DNA of 63,535 nucleotides, filler included, from Octopus bimaculoides (Eukaryota), in assembly GCF_001194135.2 (NCBI RefSeq). It is 10 parts of 10 records of this genome, joined end to end, with 100 filler letters (N's around TTAATTAATTAA, not from the genome) between each part and the next. Parts side by side here need not be neighbours in the genome. Positions count along the whole stretch, not along the records: positions 37,587 to 54,745 come from NC_068981.1; positions 54,846 to 57,510 come from NW_026411619.1; positions 57,611 to 59,509 come from NC_068995.1; positions 59,610 to 61,865 come from NC_068994.1; positions 61,966 to 63,535 come from NC_068997.1; 5 more parts are not named here. One strand, 5' to 3'. Below the pieces are notes generated by a model that made no database searches, was not told the DNA's origin, and saw only the letters and a list, made by a program, of their open reading frames with translations. Positions 52,301-63,535 of this stretch are shown here, piece by piece (within the stretch, counting starts at the first letter, position 1; every line of letters starts with the position of its first letter). A program made the position numbers and the translations under genes.

Positions 52301-53802
52301 ACTAATCGATTAGATTATAAAGGCTACATAACTTTTAACTTTAGTTTTATTACTTTATTGAAAACTGTTATATCGTACTATAGTGACATCTATTTCTCGG
52401 GGCTAGTTGGTTTGATTTCCACGTCACACGTCTTTTCCCCTCTTGTATCGCATTGAATTTGTCCCCAATACATCTTGCCCTTCCCTCACAGAACGTCGTC
52501 TCTCTGGGAATTCTTCTTTCCCCATGACTCTCTTGCAGTTTTCCACTTGTAACTATTTATAAGGAGTCGCCTTATTAACCGCGCCGACCTCACAAGTGTC
52601 GGAATATGTACTATGACCATGGGGACAGCTCCTTCTGCCAGACAAATCAACGAAAATTAGAAAAAAAATAATAAAACGGTCGAATTTTTTGATATCTGAA
52701 CCAGCTCAATATTTGAATTAAAAAAATAATAATGAGGGAATTACACGAAACAGAAAATAAAGCATAAATCTGTTTATGTACAAGTTGTAATACAATAACA
52801 AAACATCGTTGCTTGATAGTTTTTTTCTCACTTTAACTGATGTATATGATTGCATAACAAATTGAATCTATAAATATCGTATATCTTAATGCAGAATTCT
52901 TAATATTAGTCTCATTTCGCTGCACATCTTTTCACGAAATCTATAATATACAATTTTATAGATTACACAATATTTTACGCTCAAGGAAACTAGCTATTAG
53001 TCTACATACAACTAGTCCATTACTAATGACTGATATGAAAAGAAAAGATAAAATTGTCAAGAAAATGCGTACTTCTGGCCATATGTGGATAATATTTAAA
53101 TTATATCGGTGGCTTAGTGACATAAATAACTTAGAAGATAGATAGTACAAGCATCTGGGAAGGAAAATAATACAAAAACATTTCTATAACAAGGATAAAA
53201 GTTATAAAATGAATTATTGCTAGTCAAAAATACTTTATTCATAATCTACTTATCAAGAAATTAATTATAATTTAAGGCTAAAACTAGTTCTGTTTCATTG
53301 CAGATACCAAATCTGCTTTTAAAAATACTTGAAGATCTATTTGATGAATGTCGTTTTTTTTTTTTTTCTTTTCTTTCGTAATAGAACCTCAACGTATTCA
53401 TTGTCGAAGAGCTTTGCAAATGAAAAATATCTGTTTTGCAAGCCAACGGAATTTATGCTGACTTCAAATTAAGATCATTCCAGATGAGTGGTGTAAAATT
53501 AAAAAGTTTTATATTGCTTATTTTCCCTTGAAATGTAAAAACAAGGAATTCTGTTTTACATATTTTTTCGTTCGATTACAACGAAAACTTCTGCTATAAC
53601 TCCATATCGATATAGAGTAAAGTAATGATCCACCTCACTAGAAAATTCCAAATTTAGCTTAGAGCATTAGTAAAATAAAAAAATTTCATCTCTGTTTTCT
53701 CCTAGCTGTCTTTAGCAAACAATACCTCATGCAACATTACACACACGCAAATATTTACGTGCCTGCACATACAGACGTATAAATACATGCATACATACAT
53801 AA

Positions 53803-54745
<943 letters not shown>

Positions 54746-55559
54746 NNNNNNNNNNNNNNNNNNNNNNNNNNNNNNNNNNNNNNNNNNNNTTAATTAATTA
54801 ANNNNNNNNNNNNNNNNNNNNNNNNNNNNNNNNNNNNNNNNNNNNTACAAATATGTATGCAGCTAACAGCATCTTATATACTAAACTATCTAGGGTTATT
54901 TGTTTTAACATCTATAAAGGCATCTGTGTAGTTGCTTCTAGCAATTCAATAATTAATTCATAAAGCTCATTATTAATCTATGAACTGAAATGATTTGAAG
55001 CGATAGAAAACAACTGACAGTGAATTAATTAAAACGTAAGTGAGATGACTTTGTTTATATCAAATGCATTCTGCTAATCAACTACAATAATATCCGCAAC
55101 GAAATTTCTTAAAACTGTTTTTAGTTTGTAATGAGACGTATCTATATTTATTCTTCTATTTTGGCTATCCATACTTATATAAATATCATTATGTATTCAA
55201 ATGGCTTTATAACACCTCAACTGAATCCAGCAAAATAAATATCTTTAAGCATCCAAAGACTAAAATTCTAATCATGTGCATTGATATTTTATATAATAAG
55301 AAATATATTCAGAACCAGTATGAATATATAGTAAGATATGCTCTAACAGAATATTGCGTTGTTTGCCTTGAGAAGACCTCGCACATTGACTGGTGGGACA
55401 TAAAATCACTCATATTTATACGGAGCGGCCAAACCAACATCTGTTTCTTTTCATGTGATTGTTATTTCAATTTTCCCCGTCACAATTTGAAAGAGAGATA
55501 GTGAGAGGAGACAGACATAGTCAGTGAGGGAGAGACGGGGAGGAAGAGGCAGAGAGAAA

Positions 55560-55755
55560 TTCTTTTCTACAGTAGGCACAAGCTCGGCATTTTTTTTTGG
55601 GGGGGGGGGCAGTCGATTAGAACTGGTACTTAATTTATCGACCCAGAAAGGATGAAAGGCAAAGTCGACCTCGGTGGAATCTGAACGTAAAGACAGACGA
55701 AATACCGCTAAGCATTTAGCCCGGCGTGCTAACGTTTTTGCCAGCTTGTCACCTT
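55560..55755 (-). mobile_element. tRNA-derived SINE (family of 22288)
   Basis: CCCAGAAAGGATGAAAGGCAAAGTCGACCTCGG..GAAATACCGCTAAGCATTTAGCCCGGCGTGCTAACG is the reverse complement of the family. Confidence 0.85.
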
Positions 55756-56555
55756 ATAGAGACAGAGAAATTGATGAAATAATATATCTGGTTGCAACGA
55801 CCACATTTTAACTTAACAGAACCTCAATATTTAATTTCTTGCTACGCAGTAAGGNNNNNNNNNNNNNNNNNNNNNNNNNNNNNNNNNNNNNNNNNNNNNN
55901 NNNNNNNNNNNNNNNNNNNNNNNNNNNNNNNNNNNNNNNNNNNNNNNNNNNNNNNNNNNNNNNNNNNNNNNNNNNNNNNNNNNNNNNNNNNNNNNNNNNN
56001 NNNNNNNNNNNNNNNNNNNNNNNNNNNNNNNNNNNNNNNNNNNNNNNNNNNNNNNNNNNNNNNNNNNNNNNNNNNNNNNNNNNNNNNNNNNNNNNNNNNN
56101 NNNNNNNNNNNNNNNNNNNNNNNNNNNNNNNNNNNNNNNNNNNNNNNNNNNNNNNNNNNNNNNNNNNNNNNNNNNNNNNNNNNNNNNNNNNNNNNNNNNN
56201 NNNNNNNNNNNNNNNNNNNNNNNNNNNNNNNNNNNNNNNNNNNNNNNNNNNNNNNNNNNNNNNNNNNNNNNNNNNNNNNNNNNNNNNNNNNNNNNNNNNN
56301 NNNNNNNNNNNNNNNNNNNNNNNNNNNNNNNNNNNNNNNNNNNNNNNNNNNNNNNNNNNNNNNNNNNNNNNNNNNNNNNNNNNNNNNNNNNNNNNNNNNN
56401 NNNNNNNNNNNNNNNNNNNNNNNNNNNNNNNNNNNNNNNNNNNNNNNNNATATATATATATATATATATACATATGTATATATAAGCATATGTATATGGT
56501 CGTATCAACAAATAGAAAGGAGGTGTATCCGCATGTGTGTGCATAGATTTATATC

Positions 56556-56592
<37 letters not shown>

Positions 56593-57696
56593 GGAAGGGT
56601 AGAAGAAGAAAGAGAGAAAGAGAGAGAGAGAAAAAGACAGAATGCGATCAACATTGAATGAAATGAAGCAAGATATAATGCAGAAGATTAGGTGAATGGA
56701 ACTTAAGTAGAGATGAAAGAAGCCAGACACAATGCTTTAGACTTAATGAGAGATAATCAATGAATGAAGGAGACATATAAATGTGTACGACCATGACATG
56801 CTATATTGGTCTTTTTGATCCACACAGTGGGCTAAATAGGAACACAAAGTATCTTAATTATTCTGAGAATGCAGGTCCAGGTAAGTCAGTTATCATTATG
56901 GTTTCGTAGTTGGTTTTTTTTTTGGGGGGGGGGGTTAACATTCTCCTTCTCATTGGAATACGATGGCACCTACTCAAGTTGTTAATATTTATCTGATGGG
57001 CAATATAGCGAAACCCCAGGACGCACCCTTGATGACATCGTGAACGTCATTATTACTGACGTCATTATCATTGATCGCTGTCATGAACGTCTTCGTCGTC
57101 TGTCGCAGTTATCGCCATTATGATGATGACGATGATGATGATGATGATGATGATGATGGCTTTCCTCATCCTACTCCTCATCATCATCATTGTCCTCTAA
57201 CGTATTCTCCTGCTTCACCTTTCCCTCATCTTCATTCTCATCCGCATCCTCATCATTGTCCTGTAACGGCTCCTCCTGCTCTTCCTTTTCCTCACCATGA
57301 TCATCATCACCGTCAACATCATCAAAAGCATCGCCAAAAATCATCATCATCATCATCGTTAACATTAACGTCATTGTGAACATCATCATTGCTACAATGA
57401 ATATCTACATCAACTTTCTCTCCATCATCATCATCATCACCATCATCACCATCATTGTCACCATCATCATCATCATCGTTATCATCATCTTCATGATATT
57501 CATCGGCTTANNNNNNNNNNNNNNNNNNNNNNNNNNNNNNNNNNNNNNNNNNNNTTAATTAATTAANNNNNNNNNNNNNNNNNNNNNNNNNNNNNNNNNN
57601 NNNNNNNNNNGTGTCACATTTCTCTGCTAATAATTGCCGAACGACACACGGCAAGGAAGACGTGCAAAAGCCGCAAAAGCGTTTTCAGACCGCGTC

Positions 57697-57732
57697 GCAC
57701 GTGACTTGATCACGTGCTTTGTTTCTAGCAAC
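57697..57732. promoter_or_regulatory. Candidate paired E-box + X-box-like module
   Basis: GCACGTGA-CTTGA-TCACGTGC inverted pair (57697-57717) and GTTTCTAGCAAC (57721-57732) in a CpG-rich unique patch. Motif match only. Confidence 0.3.
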
Positions 57733-57777
57733 ATGAGACTGACTGGAGACAGAATGAGTGAAAGAGAGAAAGATACG

Positions 57778-57822
<45 letters not shown>

Positions 57823-57848
57823 TTATTTATTTAGGTAAATAGATAGAT

Positions 57849-57894
<46 letters not shown>

Positions 57895-58059
57895 GTATAG
57901 TAAGAGGATGAATGATTAAAAGACAAGTGCACACACACACACACACACGCAGACACACACATATGTGTGAGTGTATGTGTATGTGTATGTGTGTCTGCGT
58001 ATGCATGCATGTGTGTGTGTATGCATGTGCGTGTATATATGTATATGTATTTCTTTTAT

Positions 58060-58250
58060 TCTGTTATTCATTTATTTGTTTCAGTCATTTTGACTGCGGC
58101 CGTGCTGGAGCACCGCCTTTAGTCGAACAAATCGACCCCAGGACTTATTCTTTGCAAGCCTAGTATTTATTCTTCCGGGCTTTTCTGCCGAACCGCTAAG
58201 TTTTGGGGACGTAAGCACACCAACATCGGTTGTCAAGCTATAATGCGGGA
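58060..58250 (-). mobile_element. SINE 3' part with CR1-like LINE tail
   Basis: Reverse complement ..GGGGTCGATTTGTTCGACTAAAGGCGGTGCTCCAGCACGGCCGCAGTCAAAATGACTGAAA; a second copy lies at 59351. Confidence 0.75.
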
Positions 58251-58798
58251 GATGGGGTGGACAGGCTTCTTTCGGTATAGACTGTTGATTAACAGCCCAG
58301 TCAAGATGGTATTTTCTTCATCTCCTACTCTTGTATTTGCACACATCTACAAAATGACTTTCTGAAATGAACTTCCATTATGCAGCTGAGGAGTACATTT
58401 TCATTGCACATCTTATGAGGTGTTCTCACTACATAAATAAATAAAGTTTGTACGAAACGTACGTACTGCTATAACCTAATGCATTTTTGTTGCTTTTCTT
58501 CAAATATATATATATGTATGTATATATATATATAGTTTTGTTATTGTTATTATTTACTTTCATGGACATACATACACACATTCATACATAAAACACTTAT
58601 AATAATTAGAGGAGTGTCGAATGAGGCAAGCAATATGAGATGATGGGAGGTGGAAATGTGGGCGGAATTGTTGGGGTGAACAAATTCGTAGTTCAGGTTT
58701 CTAACTACGCTATTCCGCCTCGACTCTATACAGATCTGACATCAACTTTTTCTCAAGTTCCGTCTTTCAGCCTATCTGTCTCTCTGTCATTGTGACTA

Positions 58799-58869
<71 letters not shown>

Positions 58870-58965
58870 GTGTCTGTCTGTCTATCTGTCTATCTGTCTG
58901 TCTGTCTCTCTCACCGATGCACATGCTTATCCATTATATATTATACAATTATATGAATAACATCT

Positions 58966-59037
58966 GCACCACCACCACCACCACCACCACCACCATCACC
59001 TCTATCACCACCTCTACCACCACCTCTATCACCACCT

Positions 59038-59088
<51 letters not shown>

Positions 59089-59350
59089 GTAGTAGTACGA
59101 CGACGACGACCACCACCGCCACCACCACGATGACGTCTACAGCGACCGCGACGAACATCACTAGCACTACCACTGCCACCAACCCCAACCATTAACATCC
59201 AAGCCGTACCAATACTGCCATCACTACTACCACCACTACCACTACCACCTCAACCACTACCTCACTTCCTTCACTGCCACAACATACTCCCACTGGCTTT
59301 AACACTTCTAATACCAACATTATTGCTGCGGCCATCTCCACCACCACCAC
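58966..59350. repeat. (ACC)/(ACT)/(ACG) degenerate trinucleotide tract
   Basis: Directly visible; it explains the poly-Thr and poly-Val ORFs. Confidence 0.9.
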
Positions 59351-59509
59351 TCTTTTACTCTTTTACTTGTTTCAGTCATTTGACTGTGGCCATGCTGGAG
59401 CACCGCCTTTAGTCGAATCAAATCGACCCCAGGACTTATTCTTTGTAAGCCTAGCACTTATTCTATCAGTCTGTTTTGCCGAACCGCTAATTTACGGGGA
59501 CGTAAACAC
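59351..59509 (-). mobile_element. SINE 3' part with CR1-like LINE tail and (GTAAAAGA)n end
   Basis: Homologous to 58060-58250; truncated by a gap. Confidence 0.75.
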
Positions 59510-59839
59510 NNNNNNNNNNNNNNNNNNNNNNNNNNNNNNNNNNNNNNNNNNNNTTAATTAATTAANNNNNNNNNNNNNNNNNNNNNNNNNNNNNNNNNNN
59601 NNNNNNNNNTCTTGTGACGTCTGTGCTGGTGTTGTTATTGCTGTTCTTGTTGATGTTAGTGGTGGTGGTGGTGAGAGTAGTGATGTAAATGGTGGCAGTA
59701 CAGACGTTGTTACTGTTATTGCTGTTGTTATTGTTAGTGGTGGTGGTGGTGGTGTTGGTAGTGATTGTTCTTGGTGTTGTTGTTCTTAGTGGATTTGTAG
59801 TATTATTACCTCTATTGGTCACTCACCTACCCAGTTTTT

Positions 59840-59878
<39 letters not shown>

Positions 59879-60376
59879 GTCGCTCTCTCTGTTTTTCTCC
59901 TTTTCTTTCTTTGAATATGTTTGTTTTCGCGCTGGTACACGCGCGCACGCACGCATGCATACGCATGCGCATGCGTATTTCTCTGTCCTTCTCTTTCATT
60001 TTTGTCTTTTCTATCACTTTTTCGACTGTGTTTTGCCGCCGTTGCAGACGTCAACAGCATGGGGAGTGAGAAGGAGAGAGAGANNNNNNNNNNNNNNNNN
60101 NNNNNNNNNNNNNNNNNNNNNNNNNNNNNNNNNNNNNNNNNNNNNNNNNNNNNNNNNNNNNNNNNNNNNNNNNNNNNNNNNNNNNNNNNNNNNNNNNNNN
60201 NNNNNNNNNNNNNNNNNNNNNNNNNNNNNNNNNNNNNNNNNNNNNNNNNNNNNNNNNNNNNNNNNNNNNNNNNNNNNNNNNNNNNNNNNNNNNNNNNNNN
60301 NNNNNNNNNNNNNNNNNNNNNNNNNNNNNNNNNNNNNNNNNNNNNNNNNNNNNNNNNNNNNNNNNNNNNNNNNNNA

Positions 60377-60413
60377 TGGGTGGATGAGAGAGTGAGAAAG
60401 AAAGAAAGAAGGA

Positions 60414-60477
<64 letters not shown>

Positions 60478-60700
60478 ATGGGTGGATGAGAGAGTGAGAA
60501 AGAAAGAATGAAGGAAAGAAAGAAAGAAAGAAAGAAAGAAGGAAGGAAGGAAGGAAGGAAGGAAGGAAAGAAGGAAGAAAGGCAAGAAGAAAGGAAAGAA
60601 AAAAAAGAAAGAAATGAAAGAAGGGAAAAGTGAATGAGAGAAAGTGAGGAAAAAACAAAAAAGAAAGAAAGAAAGAGAGAAAGAGAAAGATGTGATTCTG
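60377..60700. repeat. (GAAA)n/(GGAA)n polypurine tract with an internal about 100-bp duplication
   Basis: ATGGGTGGATGAGAGAGTGAGAAAGAAAGAA occurs at about 60377 and about 60478. Confidence 0.9.
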
Positions 60701-60767
60701 GTTGGGAAAACATCTCAATAAATAAATTTCAAGCCTTTAAGCTGCTGTCAGGTGATAAAGGTCTTGA

Positions 60768-60880
60768 GCTTACCCGCTTGAAATCGTGTAATTTCTTTTA
60801 ATTTCACACCTCCATTATACTCTATTAATCTTCATAAAAACCGGACGCCGTAAACTGTTTGGACAGCCATCTTGTTTTCT
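60768..60880 (-). promoter_or_regulatory. Candidate non-coding first exon / TSS region (YY1-like motif followed by splice donor)
   Basis: Minus strand CAAGATGGCTG (60864-60874), then about 90 nt, then CAAGCGG|GTAAGC donor (60768-60773). Confidence 0.3.
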
Positions 60881-61102
60881 TGACTTGCGCTCTTTTCTTT
60901 TTGTTTTCGTTTTGGTTTTGGTTTGAAATAATGGCCGGCATTTAGATTATTTCTTTTATTTGATTTGATTTGATTTGATGATTGTTTTTTTTCTTTTCTT
61001 TGTTTTCTATTTGATTTTTATTTGTTTATTGGTCTGTTATTCTATTTGTTTTTATATCTTATTTTTACTTTTATATTTTTCATTATTGTTGTTGTTGTTA
61101 TC

Positions 61103-61161
<59 letters not shown>

Positions 61162-61468
61162 CAACATCATCATCATCATCATTATCATCTTGTTCTTGTT
61201 GTTGTTGTTTTTGCTGACCACTGTACAATTGACAGGACATCTCAAACACCCAGCAAAAACATACTGTACGTTTTTACATTACATTTCTGAATGTCATCGC
61301 AATTTCATGTTGTTGTTTTAGTTCTTACATTGTTCTTGGTCACGTTCCTTGCTTGTAGAATATACATATACACCATACATACATGCATATGTGTGTGTGT
61401 GTATGTATGTGAATATAAACACACACACACATGTATGTGTGTGTGTAAACAAAAATGCATACATACAC

Positions 61469-61502
<34 letters not shown>

Positions 61503-61537
61503 ATACACATTTATGTGTACAAACAGACAGACAGACG

Positions 61538-61577
<40 letters not shown>

Positions 61578-61965
61578 TAGATAGATAGATAGACATGTAT
61601 GTATGCATGCATGTATGTATGTATGTATGCATGTATATTTCTATATATATGTGTGTGTGTGAACTGTGTAGATATAGAAGAGAAAGAAAGAGTGGCTAAT
61701 TTGGAGTGATTTCCATTGTCACTAACGCTACTTGAACCGATGCACTCCGTATCACCGTTAACCCACCACAACCACCACCACTACCATCACCACCGCCACC
61801 GCCGCCATCTCGCCCACCACTGTCGCCCTCACTGCCGCCGCCGCCGCCGCCGCCGCCGCAGACATNNNNNNNNNNNNNNNNNNNNNNNNNNNNNNNNNNN
61901 NNNNNNNNNTTAATTAATTAANNNNNNNNNNNNNNNNNNNNNNNNNNNNNNNNNNNNNNNNNNNN

Positions 61966-63535
61966 AAGCTACTCCTCCTGTAAGCACTGGGATGTGCTGC
62001 TCAACTGGCAAAGTGCAGCTGCCACCACTTGAAGACCCTCCACAGCCTTTGAAGGACCTGCTGGCAGGGTCTGCGCCAAGGTCATCCAGATTTCTTCAAC
62101 TTATCAGGACATACAATTGCGCTTTCCAGATGACCTCCTTTGGGGCTAAAGTTGTCCGAGAGGAAAGGTGGATGCCAACTTTTGAAGTCCAGGGGCAGGT
62201 TTACCACCTCATTGGGTCACTCCAGCCCCCTAACAATAGTTCACCATCTCTGACTACAATCAACAGGCCGCAGCACGAGTAGCCAATTTCCTGGCGAATG
62301 GAGACAACACAGAGGCTGAAACTTTCGACAGAGACATCTTACTTGGCCTACAAACAATGCTGCACGAGTACAACAGTTACATCCTCAGTTTCAAATGCGC
62401 ATTGGAGAACGCACCCTGTCCCAACTACAATGCCATCATTGACGCTGACAAGAGGCCATCTGGGGGGCATGCTCGCTGCTTCAATGCTCCTGTATGCAAT
62501 GAGGTGGCAGTCGTTCTTCATGGGGACCAACACAACCCCAGAGATATAGTTATCTCATGCCGTGGCGGCGGCCTTCGTAGGATTAGTGAAACTCACCGCT
62601 CTTACAACAGCCTACAGTACCCCCTTTTGTTCATTTGCAGGGAGGATGATTACCATTTCGGCATTCAACATCGTCAACCCAACGACTCCTCTGTGACATT
62701 GGCCAAAACAGTGTCGTCAAGGGCATATTATGCCTACAGATTTATGCTGCGGGTGAACAGCTTCAATCACGTGCATCGGTCGTGAGACATACGTCATCAG
62801 CTTGCAGTGGACATGGCTGCCAAGATTGAATCCGAGCATTTGTGTTTTATAAAAACACACCAGAAAGAGCTGCGCAGTGACAGCTACATCCAGCCACGAG
62901 ATGGGATCCAGAATGATGCTGATTCCCGAAGCCTGGGAAAGACCTGCATATTACCCTCCAGCTACATGGGGGGACCCAGGTACATGCACGAACGAACCCA
63001 GGATGCAATGACGTACGTCCGAATTTATGGTCATCCGGACCTGTTTATTACGTTCATGTGCAACCCAAAGCGGTTGGAAATAACCTGTGAACTTTACCCT
63101 GAGCAACAACCTGCCCACAGGCATGACCTACTTGCTCGAGTGTTCCAGCTAAAGTTGGCCAAGTTGATGTCATTAATCAAAAAGGGGCAGATTTTTGGGC
63201 CAGTCAAGTGCGACATGTACACCGTGGAATGACAGAAGAGAAGAAATCCACATGCTCACATTCTGATTTGGCTAGCGACAAAAATCAACTCTAATGATGT
63301 TGATGCAATCATCTCAGCTGAGATTCCTAACCCTGTCATCGACCATGAGTTATATGACATTGTCAGCATGAACATGATTCATGGTCCGTGTGGGATGGGT
63401 GTTGATGGCCATCATGCGTGCCTACAGAACGGGTCATGTAGTAAGGGATTCCCTAAGCAATTTGTTGATGAGACACAGACTAATGGAGACGGGTACCCCC
63501 TGTACAGACGGAGACGGCCTGAGAACAGTGGCTTC
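61966..63535 (+). mobile_element. Helitron Rep/helicase gene, N-terminal and Rep region, pseudogene
   Basis: CCSTGKV.LP, IRTYNCAFQMTSFGA, QGQVYHLIGSL, FNAP..NEVA, LQYPLLF, ILPSSYMGGPRYM..QDAM.YVR.YGHPDLFITFMCNP, E*QKR..PHAHILIW (HUH), MIHGPCG, FPKQF, GYPLYRRR. Several stops and frameshifts; runs off the window end. Confidence 0.95.

Noticed and set aside
56993-57020. CTGATGG-GC-AATATA-GC-GAAAC hammerhead-like string
   Set aside because: Stem II is only 2 bp, the core is altered, and there is no stem I or UH site; compatible with chance.

Overview
AT-rich, microsatellite-saturated, gap-ridden metazoan genomic DNA. It is most likely cephalopod (Octopus-like); this is an inference from the SINE families and repeat density. 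No host protein-coding gene, rRNA, true tRNA or CRISPR array can be supported. Almost all ORF-track entries are translated microsatellites or run through N gaps. The recognisable content is decayed transposons: a Penelope-like (GIY-YIG) remnant; three L1/Tx1-like remnants; three R4/Dong-like remnants; RTE and CR1-like LINE 3' ends; Tc1, mariner and hAT (Charlie/Buster) fragments; a Helitron Rep pseudogene; and more than a dozen tRNA-derived SINE copies from about four families. Nine 100-bp artificial joins (44 N + TTAATTAATTAA + 44 N) split the window into ten blocks whose true adjacency is unproven. The best leads are: (1) a palindromic Penelope-type terminal repeat carrying a near-canonical minimal hammerhead ribozyme, plus further hammerhead-like relics; (2) a hAT element that lost its right half yet is still flanked by a perfect 8-bp TSD inside a Tx1 endonuclease; (3) a SINE/LINE shared 3' tail with a compensatory stem change; (4) a TAA-associated R4 tandem with a (TAA)n/(TTA)n palindrome; (5) a 2.1-kb CpG-dense TTCG/TACG satellite with higher-order duplication; and (6) three short unique islands with promoter-like motif clusters. 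I found no convincing wholly new system.
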